From NCBI GenBank assembly GCA_964016885.1, contig OZ024757.1, forward strand, positions 2,294,001-2,358,000: DNA of 64,000 bases, in the 5' to 3' direction. The translations under genes were made by a program, and so were the position numbers. Origin of the DNA: Eledone cirrhosa (taxonomy: Eukaryota). Below the pieces are notes generated by a model that had not been told where the DNA came from, did not search any database, and was given only the letters and a program-made list of their open reading frames with translations. Of this stretch, positions 29,501 through 44,500 are shown piece by piece; position 1 is the stretch's first letter; each line of letters opens with the position of its first letter.

Positions 29501-32500
29501 ACAGATCACAGCTCTGATACTATGGACATGTGGTTAGAATGTCTCAGGAAAGAATGACTGGAGAGTCACTCCAGGTAGAGCTGTTACTTCTCTGAATTGA
29601 CAGATCACAGCTCTGATACTATGGACATGTGGTTAGAATGTCTCAGGTAAGAATCACTGAAGTTTCACTCCAGGTAGAGCTACTACTTCTCTGAATTGAC
29701 AGATCACAGCTCTGATACTATGGACATGTGGTTAGAATTTGTCAGGAAAGAATCACTGGAGAGTCACTTCAGGTAGAGCTGTTACTTCTCTGAATTGACA
29801 GATCGCAGCTCTGATACTATGGACATGTGGTTAGAATGTCTCAGGTAAGAATCACTGGAGAGTCACTCCAGGTAGAGCTGTTACTTCTCAGAATTGACAG
29901 ATCACAGCTCTGATACTATGGACATGTGGTTAGAATGTCTCAGGAAAGAATGACTGGAGAGTCACTCCAGGTAGAGCTGTTACTTCTCTGAATTGACAGA
30001 TCACAGCTCTGATACTATGGACATGTGGTTAGAATGTCTCAGGAAAGAATGACTGGAGAGTCACTCCAGGTAGAGCTGCTACTTCTCTGAATTGACAGAT
30101 CACAGCTCTGATCCTATGGACATGTGGTTAGAATGTCTCAGGAAAGAATCACTGGAGAGTCACTCCAGGTAGAGCAGTTACTTCTCTGAATTGACAGATC
30201 GCAGCTCTGATACTATGGACATGTGGTTAGAATGTCTCAGGTAAGAATCACTGGAGAGTCACTCCAGGTAGAGCTGTTACTTCTCTGAATTGACAGATCA
30301 CAGCTCTGATACTATGGACATGTGGTTAGAATGTCTCAGGAAAGAATGACTGGAGAGTCACTCCAGGTAGAGCTGCTACTTCTCTGAATTGACAGATCAC
30401 AGCTCTGATACTATGGACATGTGGTTAGAATGTCTCAGGAAAGAATCACTGGAGAGTCACTCCAGGTAGAGCTGTTACTTCTCTGAATTGACAGATCGCA
30501 GCTCTGATACTATGGACATGTGGTTAGAATGTCTCAGGTAAGAATCACTGGAGAGTCACTCCAGGTAGAGCTGTTACTTATCTGAATTGACAGATCGCAG
30601 CTCTGATACTATGGACATGTGGTTAGAATGTCTCAGGAAAGAATGACTGGAGAGTCACTCCAGGTAGAGCTGTTACTTCTCTGAATTGACAGATCACAGC
30701 TCTGATACTATGGACATGTGGTTAGAATGTCTCAGGAAAGAATGACTGGAGAGTCACTCCAGGTAGAGCTGCTACTTCTCTGAATTGACAGATCACAGCT
30801 CTGATCCTATGGACATGTGGTTAGAATGTCTCAGGAAAGAATCACTAGAGAGTCACTCCAGGTAGAGCTGTTACTTCTCTGAATTGACAGATCGCAGCTC
30901 TGATACTATGGACATGTGGTTAGAATGTCTCAGGTAAGAATCACTGGAGAGTCACTCCAGGTAGAGCTGTTACTTCTCTGAATTGACAGATCGCAGCTCT
31001 GATACTATGGACATGTGGTTAGAATGTCTCAGGTAAGAATCACTGGTGAGTCACTCCAGGGAGAGCTGTTACTTCTCTGAATTGACAGATCGCAGCTCTG
31101 ATACTATGGACATGTGGTTAGAATGTCTCAGGTAAGAATCACTGGTGAGTCACTCCAGGTAGAGCTGTTACTTCTCTGAATTGATAGATCGCAGCTCTGA
31201 TACTATGGACATGTGGTTAGAATGTCTCAGGTAAGAATCACTGGAGAGTCACTCCAGGTAGAGCTGTTACTTCTCTGAATTGACAGATCGCAGCTCTGAA
31301 ACTATGGACATGTGGTTAGAATGTCTCAGGTAAGAATCACTGGAGAGTCACTCCAGGTAGAGCTGTTACTTCTCTGAATTGAGAGATCACAGCTCTGATA
31401 CTATGGACATGTGGTTAGAATGTCTCAGGAAAGAATAACTGGAGAGTCACTCCAGGTAGAGCTGTTACTTCTCTGAATTGACAGATCACAGCTCTGATAC
31501 TATGGACATGTGGTTAGAATGTCTCAGGTAAGAATCACTGAAGTCTCACTCCAGGTAGAGCTGCTACTTCTCTGAATTGACAGATCACAGCTCTGATACT
31601 ATGGACATGTGGTTAGAATTTGTCAGGAAAGAATCACTGGAGAGTCACTCCAGGTAGAGCTGTTACTTCTCTGAATTGACAGATCGCAGCTCTGATACTA
31701 TGGACATGTGGTTAGAATGTCTCAGGTAAGAATCACTGGAGAGTCACTCCAGGTAGAGCTGTTACTTCTCAGAATTGACAGATCACAGCTCTGATACTAT
31801 GGACATGTGGTTAGAATGTCTCAGGAAAGAATGACTGGAGAGTCACTCCAGGTAGAGCTGTTACTTCTCTGAATTGACAGATCACAGCTCTGATACTATG
31901 GACATGTGGTTAGAATGTCTCAGGAAAGAATGACTGGAGAGTCACTCCAGGTAGAGCTGCTACTTCTCTGAATTGACAGATCACAGCTCTGATCCTATGG
32001 ACATGTGGTTAGAATGTCTCAGGAAAGAATCACTGGAGAGTCACTCCAGGTAGAGCTGTTACTTCTCTGAATTGACAGATCGCAGCTCTGATACTATGGA
32101 CATGTGGTTAGAATGTCTCAGGTAAGAATCACTGGAGAGTCACTCCAGGTAGAGCTGTTACTTATCTGAATTGACAGATCGCAGCTCTGATACTATGGAC
32201 ATGTGGTTAGAATGTCTCAGGAAAGAATGACTGGAGAGTCACTCCAGGTAGAGCTGTTACTTCTCTGAATTGACAGATCACAGCTCTGATACTTTGGACA
32301 TGTGGTTAGAATGTCTCAGGAAAGAATGACTGGAGAGTCACTCCAGGTAGAGCTGCTACTTCTCTGAATTGACAGATCACAGCTCTGATCCTATGGACAT
32401 GTGGTTAGAATGTCTCAGGAAAGAATCACTGGAGAGTAACTCCAGGTAGAGCTGTTACTTCTCTGAATTGACAGATCGCAGCTCTGATACTATGGACATG

Positions 32501-35500
32501 TGGTTAGAATGTCTCAGGTAAGAATCACTGGAGAGTCACTCCAGGTAGAGCTGTTACTTCTCTGAATTGACAGATCGCAGCTCTGATACTATGGACATGT
32601 GGTTAGAATGTCTCAGGAAAGAATGACTGGAGAGTCACTCCAGGTAGTGCTGCTACTTCTCTGAATTGACAGATCACAGCTCTGATCCAATGGACATGTG
32701 GTTAGAATGTCTCAGGAAAGAATCACTGGAGAGTCACTCCAGGTAGAGCTGTTACTTCTCTGAATTGACAGATCGCAGCTCTGATACTATGGACATGTGG
32801 TTAGAATGTCTCAGGTAAGAATCACTGGAGAGTCACTCCAGGTAGAGCTGTTACTTCTCTGAATTGACAGATCACAGCTCTGATACTATGGACATGTGGT
32901 TAGAATGTCTCAGGAAAGAATGACTGGAGAGTCACTCCAGGTAGAGCTGCTACTTCTCAGAATTGACAGATCACAGCTCTGATCCTATGGACATGTGGTT
33001 AGAATGTCTCAGGAAAGAATCACTGGAGAGTCACTCCAGGTAGAGCTGTTACTTCTCTGAATGGACAGATCGCAGCTCTGATACTATGGACATGTGGTTA
33101 GAATGTCTCAGGTAAGAATCACTGGAGAGTCACTCCAGGTAGAGCTGTTACTTATCTGAATTGACAGATCGCAGCTCTGATACTATGGACATGTGGTTAG
33201 AATGTCTCAGGAAAGAATGACTGGAGAGTCACTCCAGGTAGAGCTGTTACTTCTCTGAATTGACAGATCACAGCTCTGATACTATGGACATGTGGTTAGA
33301 ATGTCTCAGGAAAGAATAATTGGAGAGTCACTCCAGGTAGAGCTGTTACTTCTCTGAATTGACAGATCACAGCTCTGATACTATGGACATGTGGTTAGAA
33401 TGTCTCAGGTAAGAATCACTGAAGTCTCACTCCAGGTAGAGCTGCTACTTCTCTGAATTGACAGATCACAGCTCTGATACTATGGACATGTGGTTAGAAT
33501 TTGTCAGGAAAGAATCACTGGAGAGTCACTCCAGGTAGAGCTGTTACTTCTCTGAATTGACAGATCGCAGCTCTGATACTATGGACATGTGGTTAGAATG
33601 TCTCAGGTAAGAATCACTGGAGAGTCACTCCAGGTAGAGCTGTTACTTATCTGAATTGACAGATCGCAGCTCTGATACTATGGACATGTGGTTAGAATGT
33701 CTCAGGAAAGAATGACTGGAGAGTCACTCCAGGTAGAGCTGTTACTACTCTGAATTGACAGATCACAGCTCTGATACTATGGACATGTGGTTAGAATGTC
33801 TCAGGAAAGAATGACTGGAGAGTCACTCCAGGTAGAGCTGCTACTTCTCTGAATTGACAGATCACAGCTCTGATCCAATGGACATGTGGTTAGAATGTCT
33901 CAGGAAAGAATCACTGGAGAGTCACTCCAGGTAGAGCTGTTACTTCTCTGAATTGACAGATCGCAGCTCTGATACTATGGACATGTGGTTAGAATGTCTC
34001 AGGTAAGAATCACTGGAGGGTCACTCCAGGTAGAGCTGTTACTTCTCTGAATTGACAGATCACAGCTCTGATACTATGGACATGTGGTTAGAATGTCTCA
34101 GACAAGAATGACTGGAGAGTCACTCCAGGTAGAGCTGCTACTTCTCTGAATTGACAGATCACAGCTCTGATCCTATGGACATGTGGTTAGAATGTCTCAG
34201 GAAAGAATCACTGGAGAGTCACTCCAGGTAGAGCTGTTACTTCTCTGAATTGACAGATCGCAGCTCTGATACTATGGACATGTGGTTAGAATGTCTCAGG
34301 TAAGAATCACTGGAGAGTCACTCCAGGTAGAGCTGTTACTTATCTGAATTGACAGATCGCAGCTCTGATACTATGGACATGTGGTTAGAATGTCTCAGGA
34401 AAGAATGACTGGAGAGTCACTCCAGGTATAGCTGTTACTTCTCTGAATTGACAGATCACAGCTCTGATACTTTGGACATGTGGTTAGAATGTCTCAGGAA
34501 AGAATGACTGGAGAGTCACTCCAGGTAGAGCTGCTACTTCTCTGAATTGACAGATCACAGCTCTGATCCTATGGACATGTGGTTAGAATGTCTCAGGAAA
34601 GAATCACTGGAGAGTCACTCCAGGTAGAGCTGTTACTTCTCTGAATTGACAGATCGCAGCTCTGATACTATGGACATGTGGTTAGAATGTCTCAGGTAAG
34701 AATCACTGGAGAGTCACTCCAGGTAGAGCTGTTACTTCTCTAAATTGACAGATCGCAGCTCTGATACTATGGACATGTGGTTAGAATGTCTCAGGTAAGA
34801 ATCACTGGTGAGTCACTCCAGGTAGAGCTGTTACTTCTCTGAATTGACAGATCGCAGCTCTGATACTATGGACATGTGGTTAGAATGTCTCAGGTAAGAA
34901 TGACAGGTGAGTCACTCCAGGTAGAGCTGTTACTTCTCTGAATTGACAGATCGCAGCTCTGATACTATGGACATGTGGTTAGAATGTCTCAGGTAAGAAT
35001 CACTGGAGAGTCACTTCAGGTAGAGCTGTTACTTCTCTGAATTGACAGATCGCAGCTCTGATACTATGGACATGTGGTTAGAATGTCTCAGGTAAGAATC
35101 ACTGGAGAGTCACTCCAGGTAGAGCTGTTACTTCTCTGAATTGACAGATCACAGCTCTGATACTATGGGCATGTGGTTAGAATGTCTCAGGAAAGAATAA
35201 CTGGAGAGTCACTCCAGGTAGAGCTGTTACTTCTCTGAATTGACAGATCACAGCTCTGATACTATGGACATGTGGTTAGAATGTCTCAGGAAAGAATGAC
35301 TGGAGAGTCACTCCAGGTAGTGCTGCTACTTCTCTGAATTGACAGATCACAGCTCTGATCCAATGGACATGTGGTTAGAATGTCTCAGGAAAGAATCACT
35401 GGAGAGTCACTCCAGGTAGAGCTGTTACTTCTCTGAATTGACAGATCGCAGCTCTGATACTATGGACATGTGGTTAGAATGTCTCATGTAAGAATCACTG

Positions 35501-38500
35501 GAGAGTCACTCCAGGTAGAGCTGTTACTTCTCTGAATTGACAGATCACAGCTCTGATACTATGGACATGTGGTTAGAATGTCTCAGGAAAGAATGACTGG
35601 AGAGTCACTCCAGGTAGAGCTGCTACTTCTCAGAATTGACAGATCACAGCTCTGATCCTATGGACATGTGGTTAGAATGTCTCAGGAAAGAATCACTGGA
35701 GAGTCACTCCAGGTAGAGCTGTTACTTCTCTGAATGGACAGATCGCAGCTCTGATACTATGGACATGTGGTTAGAATGTCTCAGGTAAGAATCACTGGAG
35801 AGTCACTCCAGGTAGAGCTGTTACTTATCTGAATTGACAGATCGCAGCTCTGATACTATGGACATGTGGTTAGAATGTCTCAGGAAAGAATGACTGGAAA
35901 GTCACTCCAGGTAGAGCTGTTACTTCTCTGAATTGACAGATCACAGCTCTGATACTATGGACATGTGGTTAGAATGTCTCAGGAAAGAATAACTGGAGAG
36001 TCACTCCAGGTAGAGCTGTTACTTCTCTGAATTGACAGATCACAGCTCTCATACTATGGACATGTGGTTAGAATGTCTCAGGTAAGAATCACTGAAGTCT
36101 CACTGCAGGTAGAGCTGCTACTTCTCTGAATTGACAGATCACAGCTCTGATACTATGGACATGTGGTTAGAATGTCTCAGGTAAGAATCACTGGAGAGTC
36201 ACTCCAGGTAGAGCTGTTACTTATCTGAATTGACAGATCGCAGCTCTGATACTATGGACATGTGGTTAGAATGTCTCAGGTAAGAATCACTGGAGAGTCA
36301 CTCCAGGTAGAGCTGTTACTTATCTGAATTGACAGATCGCAGCTCTGATACTATGGACATGTGGTTAGAATGTCTCAGGAAAGAATGACTGGAGAGTCAC
36401 TCCAGGTAGAGCTGTTACTTCTCTGAATTGACAGATCACAGCTCTGAGACTATGGACATGTGGTTAGAATGTCTCAGGAAAGAATGACTGGAGAGTCACT
36501 CCAGGTAGAGCTGTTACTTATCTGAATTGACAGATCACAGCTCTGATACTATGGACATGTGGTTAGAATGTCTCAGGTAAGAATCACTGGAGAGTCACTC
36601 CAGGTAGAGCTGCTACTTCTCTGAATTGACAGATCACAGCTCTGATCCTATGGACATGTGGTTAGAATGTCTCAGGAAAGAATCACTGGAGAGTCACTCC
36701 AGGTAGAGCTGTTACTTCTCTGAATTGACAGATCGCAGCTCTGATACTATGGACATGTGGTTAGAATGTCTCAGGTAAGAATCACTGGAGAGTCACTCCA
36801 GGTAGAGCTGTTACTTCTCTGAATTGACAGATCGCAGCTCTGATACTATGGACATGTGGTTAGAATGTCTCAGGTAAGAATCACTGGTGAGTCACTCCAG
36901 GTAGAGCTGTTACTTCTCTGAATTGATAGATCGCAGCTCTGATACTATGGACATGTGGTTAGAATGTCTCAGGAAAGAATGACTGGAGAGTCACTCCAGG
37001 TAGAGCTGTTACTTCTCTGAATTGACAGATCACAGCTCTGATACTATGGACATGTGGTTAGAATGTCTCAGGAAAGAATGACTGGAGAGTCACTCCAGGT
37101 AGAGCTGCTACTTCTCTGAATTGACAGATCACAGCTCTGATCCTATGGACATGTGGTTAGAATGTCTCAGGAAAGAATCACTGGAGAGTCACTCCAGGTA
37201 GAGCTGTTACTTCTCTGAATTGACAGATCGCAGCTCTGATACTATGGACATGTGGTTAGAATGTCTCAGGTAAGAATCACTGGAGAGTCACTCCAGGTAG
37301 AGCTGTTACTTATCTGAATTGACAGATCGCAGCTCTGATACTATGGACATGTGGTTAGAATGTCTCAGGAAAGAATGACTGGAGAGTCACTCCAGGTAGA
37401 GCTGTTACTTCTCTGAATTGACAGATCACAGCTCTGATACTTTGGACATGTGGTTAGAATGTCTCAGGAAAGAATGACTGGAGAGTCACTCCAGGTAGAG
37501 CTGCTACTTCTCTGAATTGACAGATCACAGCTCTGATCCTATGGACATGTGGTTAGAATGTCTCAGGAAAGAATCACTGGAGAGTAACTCCAGGTAGAGC
37601 TGTTACTTCTCTGAATTGACAGATCGCAGCTCTGATACTATGGACATGTGGTTAGAATGTCTCAGGTAAGAATCACTGGAGAGTCACTCCAGGTAGAGCT
37701 GTTACTTCTCTGAATTGACAGATCGCAGCTCTGATACTATGGACATGTGGTTAGAATGTCTCAGGTAAGAATCACTGGTGAGTCACTCCAGGTAGAGCTG
37801 TTACTTCTCTGAATTGACAGATCGCAGCTCTGATACTATGGACATGTGGTTAGAATGTCTCAGGTAAGAATGACAGGTGAGTCACTCCAGGTAGAGCTGT
37901 TACTTCTCTGAATTGACAGATCGCAGCTCTGATACTATGGACATGTGGTTAGAATGTCTCAGGTAAGAATCACTGGAGAGTCACTCCAGGTAGAGCTGTT
38001 ACTTCTCTGAATTGACAGATCGCAGCTCTGATACTATGGACATGTGGTTAGAATGTCTCAGGTAAGAATCACTGGAGAGTCACTCCAGGTAGAGCTGTTA
38101 CTTCTCTGAATTGACAGATCACAGCTCTGATACTATGGGCATGTGGTTAGAATGTCTCAGGAAAGAATAACTGGAGAGTCACTCCAGGTAGAGCTGTTAC
38201 TTCTCTGAATTGACAGATCACAGCTCTGATACTATGGACATGTGGTTAGAATGTCTCAGGAAAGAATGACTGGAGAGTCACTCCAGGTAGTGCTGCTACT
38301 TCTCTGAATTGACAGATCACAGCTCTGATCCAATGGACATGTGGTTAGAATGTCTCAGGAAAGAATCACTGGAGAGTCACTCCAGGTAGAGCTGTTACTT
38401 CTCTGAATTGACAGATCGCAGCTCTGATACTATGGACATGTGGTTAGAATGTCTCAGGTAAGAATCACTGGAGAGTCACTCCAGGTAGAGCTGTTACTTC

Positions 38501-41500
38501 TCTGAATTGACAGATCACAGCTCTGATACTATGGACATGTGGTTAGAATGTCTCAGGAAAGAATGACTGGAGAGTCACTCCAGGTAGAGCTGCTACTTCT
38601 CAGAATTGACAGATCACAGCTCTGATCCTATGGACATGTGGTTAGAATGTCTCAGGAAAGAATCACTGGAGAGTCACTCCAGGTAGAGCTGTTACTTCTC
38701 TGAATGGACAGATCGCAGCTCTGATACTATGGACATGTGGTTAGAATGTCTCAGGTAAGAATCACTGGAGAGTCACTCCAGGTAGAGCTGTTACTTATCT
38801 GAATTGACAGATCGCAGCTCTGATACTATGGACATGTGGTTAGAATGTCTCAGGAAAGAATGACTGGAAAGTCACTCCAGGTAGAGCTGTTACTTCTCTG
38901 AATTGACAGATCACAGCTCTGATACTATGGACATGTGGTTAGAATGTCTCAGGAAAGAATAACTGGAGAGTCACTCCAGGTAGAGCTGTTACTTCTCTGA
39001 ATTGACAGATCACAGCTCTCATACTATGGACATGTGGTTAGAATGTCTCAGGTAAGAATCACTGAAGTCTCACTGCAGGTAGAGCTGCTACTTCTCTGAA
39101 TTGACAGATCACAGCTCTGATACTATGGACATGTGGTTAGAATGTCTCAGGTAAGAATCACTGGAGAGTCACTCCAGGTAGAGCTGTTACTTATCTGAAT
39201 TGACAGATCGCAGCTCTGATACTATGGACATGTGGTTAGAATGTCTCAGGTAAGAATCACTGGAGAGTCACTCCAGGTAGAGCTGTTACTTATCTGAATT
39301 GACAGATCGCAGCTCTGATACTATGGACATGTGGTTAGAATGTCTCAGGAAAGAATGACTGGAGAGTCACTCCAGGTAGAGCTGTTACTTCTCTGAATTG
39401 ACAGATCACAGCTCTGAGACTATGGACATGTGGTTAGAATGTCTCAGGAAAGAATGACTGGAGAGTCACTCCAGGTAGAGCTGTTACTTATCTGAATTGA
39501 CAGATCACAGCTCTGATACTATGGACATGTGGTTAGAATGTCTCAGGTAAGAATCACTGGAGAGTCACTCCAGGTAGAGCTGCTACTTCTCTGAATTGAC
39601 AGATCACAGCTCTGATCCTATGGACATGTGGTTAGAATGTCTCAGGAAAGAATCACTGGAGAGTCACTCCAGGTAGAGCTGTTACTTCTCTGAATTGACA
39701 GATCGCAGCTCTGATACTATGGACATGTGGTTAGAATGTCTCAGGTAAGAATCACTGGAGAGTCACTCCAGGTAGAGCTGTTACTTCTCTGAATTGACAG
39801 ATCGCAGCTCTGATACTATGGACATGTGGTTAGAATGTCTCAGGTAAGAATCACTGGTGAGTCACTCCAGGTAGAGCTGTTACTTCTCTGAATTGATAGA
39901 TCGCAGCTCTGATACTATGGACATGTGGTTAGAATGTCTCAGGAAAGAATGACTGGAGAGTCACTCCAGGTAGAGCTGTTACTTCTCTGAATTGACAGAT
40001 CACAGCTCTGATACTATGGACATGTGGTTAGAATGTCTCAGGAAAGAATGACTGGAGAGTCACTCCAGGTAGAGCTGCTACTTCTCTGAATTGACAGATC
40101 ACAGCTCTGATCCTATGGACATGTGGTTAGAATGTCTCAGGAAAGAATCACTGGAGAGTCACTCCAGGTAGAGCTGTTACTTCTCTGAATTGACAGATCG
40201 CAGCTCTGATACTATGGACATGTGGTTAGAATGTCTCAGGTAAGAATCACTGGAGAGTCACTCCAGGTAGAGCTGTTACTTATCTGAATTGACAGATCGC
40301 AGCTCTGATACTATGGACATGTGGTTAGAATGTCTCAGGAAAGAATGACTGGAGAGTCACTCCAGGTAGAGCTGTTACTTCTCTGAATTGACAGATCACA
40401 GCTCTGATACTTTGGACATGTGGTTAGAATGTCTCAGGAAAGAATGACTGGAGAGTCACTCCAGGTAGAGCTGCTACTTCTCTGAATTGACAGATCACAG
40501 CTCTGATCCTATGGACATGTGGTTAGAATGTCTCAGGAAAGAATCACTGGAGAGTAACTCCAGGTAGAGCTGTTACTTCTCTGAATTGACAGATCGCAGC
40601 TCTGATACTATGGACATGTGGTTAGAATGTCTCAGGTAAGAATCACTGGAGAGTCACTCCAGGTAGAGCTGTTACTTCTCTGAATTGACAGATCGCAGCT
40701 CTGATACTATGGACATGTGGTTAGAATGTCTCAGGTAAGAATCACTGGTGAGTCACTCCAGGTAGAGCTGTTACTTCTCTGAATTGACAGATCGCAGCTC
40801 TGATACTATGGACATGTGGTTAGAATGTCTCAGGTAAGAATGACAGGTGAGTCACTCCAGGTAGAGCTGTTACTTCTCTGAATTGACAGATCGCAGCTCT
40901 GATACTATGGACATGTGGTTAGAATGTCTCAGGTAAGAATCACTGGAGAGTCACTCCAGGTAGAGCTGTTACTTCTCTGAATTGACAGATCGCAGCTCTG
41001 ATACTATGGACATGTGGTTAGAATGTCTCAGGTAAGAATCACTGGAGAGTCACTCCAGGTAGAGCTGTTACTTCTCTGAATTGACAGATCACAGCTCTGA
41101 TACTATGGGCATGTGGTTAGAATGTCTCAGGAAAGAATAACTGGAGAGTCACTCCAGGTAGAGCTGTTACTTCTCTGAATTGACAGATCACAGCTCTGAT
41201 ACTATGGACATGTGGTTAGAATGTCTCAGGAAAGAATGACTGGAGAGTCACTCCAGGTAGTGCTGCTACTTCTCTGAATTGACAGATCACAGCTCTGATC
41301 CAATGGACATGTGGTTAGAATGTCTCAGGAAAGAATCACTGGAGAGTCACTCCAGGTAGAGCTGTTACTTCTCTGAATTGACAGATCGCAGCTCTGATAC
41401 TATGGACATGTGGTTAGAATGTCTCAGGTAAGAATCACTGGAGAGTCACTCCAGGTAGAGCTGTTACTTCTCTGAATTGACAGATCACAGCTCTGATACT

Positions 41501-44500
41501 ATGGACATGTGGTTAGAATGTCTCAGGAAAGAATGACTGGAGAGTCACTCCAGGTAGAGCTGCTACTTCTCAGAATTGACAGATCACAGCTCTGATCCTA
41601 TGGACATGTGGTTAGAATGTCTCAGGAAAGAATCACTGGAGAGTCACTCCAGGTAGAGCTGTTACTTCTCTGAATGGACAGATCGCAGCTCTGATACTAT
41701 GGACATGTGGTTAGAATGTCTCAGGTAAGAATCACTGGAGAGTCACTCCAGGTAGAGCTGTTACTTATCTGAATTGACAGATCGCAGCTCTGATACTATG
41801 GACATGTGGTTAGAATGTCTCAGGAAAGAATGACTGGAGAGTCACTCCAGGTAGAGCTGTTACTTCTCTGAATTGACAGATCACAGCTCTGATACTATGG
41901 ACATGTGGTTAGAATGTCTCAGGAAAGAATAATTGGAGAGTCACTCCAGGTAGAGCTGTTACTTCTCTGAATTGACAGATCACAGCTCTGATACTATGGA
42001 CATGTGGTTAGAATGTCTCAGGTAAGAATCACTGAAGTCTCACTCCAGGTAGAGCTGCTACTTCTCTGAATTGACAGATCACAGCTCTGATACTATGGAC
42101 ATGTGGTTAGAATTTGTCAGGAAAGAATCACTGGAGAGTCACTCCAGGTAGAGCTGTTACTTCTCTGAATTGACAGATCGCAGCTCTGATACTATGGACA
42201 AGTGGTTAGAATGTCTCAGGTAAGAATCACTGGAGAGTCACTCCAGGTAGAGCTGTTACTTATCTGAATTGACAGATCGCAGCTCTGATACTATGGACAT
42301 GTGGTTAGAATGTCTCAGGAAAGAATGACTGGAGAGTCACTCCAGGTAGAGCTGTTACTTCTCTGAATTGACAGATCACAGCTCTGATACTATGGACATG
42401 TGGTTAGAATGTCTCAGGAAAGAATGACTGGAGAGTCACTCCAGGTAGAGCTGCTACTTCTCTGAATTGACAGATCACAGCTCTGATCCAATGGACATGT
42501 GGTTAGAATGTCTCAGGAAAGAATCACTGGAGAGTCACTCCAGGTAGAGCTGTTACTTCTCTGAATTGACAGATCGCAGCTCTGATACTATGGACATGTG
42601 GTTAGAATGTCTCAGGTAAGAATCACTGGAGGGTCACTCCAGGTAGAGCTGTTACTTCTCTGAATTGACAGATCACAGCTCTGATACTATGGACATGTGG
42701 TTAGAATGTCTCAGACAAGAATGACTGGAGAGTCACTCCAGGTAGAGCTGCTACTTCTCTGAATTGACAGATCACAGCTCTGATCCTATGGACATGTGGT
42801 TAGAATGTCTCAGGAAAGAATCACTGGAGAGTCACTCCAGGTAGAGCTGTTACTTCTCTGAATTGACAGATCGCAGCTCTGATACTATGGACATGTGGTT
42901 AGAATGTCTCAGGTAAGAATCACTGGAGAGTCACTCCAGGTAGAGCTGTTACTTATCTGAATTGACAGATCGCAGCTCTGATACTATGGACATGTGGTTA
43001 GAATGTCTCAGGAAAGAATGACTGGAGAGTCACTCCAGGTAGAGCTGTTACTTCTCTGAATTGACAGATCACAGCTCTGATACTTTGGACATGTGGTTAG
43101 AATGTCTCAGGAAAGAATGACTGGAGAGTCACTCCAGGTAGAGCTGCTACTTCTCTGAATTGACAGATCACAGCTCTGATCCTATGGACATGTGGTTAGA
43201 ATGTCTCAGGAAAGAATCACTGGAGAGTCACTCCAGGTAGAGCTGTTACTTCTCTGAATTGACAGATCGCAGCTCTGATACTATGGACATGTGGTTAGAA
43301 TGTCTCAGGTAAGAATCACTGGAGAGTCACTCCAGGTAGAGCTGTTACTTCTCTAAATTGACAGATCGCAGCTCTGATACTATGGACATGTGGTTAGAAT
43401 GTCTCAGGTAAGAATCACTGGTGAGTCACTCCAGGTAGAGCTGTTACTTCTCTGAATTGACAGATCGCAGCTCTGATACTATGGACATGTGGTTAGAATG
43501 TCTCAGGTAAGAATGACAGGTGAGTCACTCCAGGTAGAGCTGTTACTTCTCTGAATTGACAGATCGCAGCTCTGATACTATGGACATGTGGTTAGAATGT
43601 CCCAGGTAAGAATCACTGGAGAGTCACTTCAGGTAGAGCTGTTACTTCTCTGAATTGACAGATCGCAGCTCTGATACTATGGACATGTGGTTAGAATGTC
43701 TCAGGTAAGAATCACTGGAGAGTCACTCCAGGTAGAGCTGTTACTTCTCTGAATTGACAGATCACAGCTCTGATACTATGGGCATGTGGTTAGAATGTCT
43801 CAGGAAAGAATCACTGGAGAGTCACTCCAGGTAGAGCTGTTACTTCTCTGAATTGACAGATCGCAGCTCTGATACTATGGACATGTGGTTAGAATGTCTC
43901 AGGTAAGAATCACTGGAGAGTCACTCCAGGTAGAGCTGTTACTTCTCTAAATTGACAGATCGCAGCTCTGATACTATGGACATGTGGTTAGAATGTCTCA
44001 GGTAAGAATCACTGGTGAGTCACTCCAGGTAGAGCTGTTACTTCTCTGAATTGACAGATCGCAGCTCTGATACTATGGACATGTGGTTAGAATGTCTCAG
44101 GTAAGAATGACAGGTGAGTCACTCCAGGTAGAGCTGTTACTTCTCTGAATTGACAGATCGCAGCTCTGATACTATGGACATGTGGTTAGAATGTCCCAGG
44201 TAAGAATCACTGGAGAGTCACTTCAGGTAGAGCTGTTACTTCTCTGAATTGACAGATCGCAGCTCTGATACTATGGACATGTGGTTAGAATGTCTCAGGT
44301 AAGAATCACTGGAGAGTCACTCCAGGTAGAGCTGTTACTTCTCTGAATTGACAGATCACAGCTCTGATACTATGGGCATGTGGTTAGAATGTCTCAGGAA
44401 AGAATCACTGGAGAGTCACTCCAGGTAGAGCTGTTACTTCTCTGAATTGACAGATCGCAGCTCTGATACTATGGACATGTGGTTAGAATGTCTCAGGTAA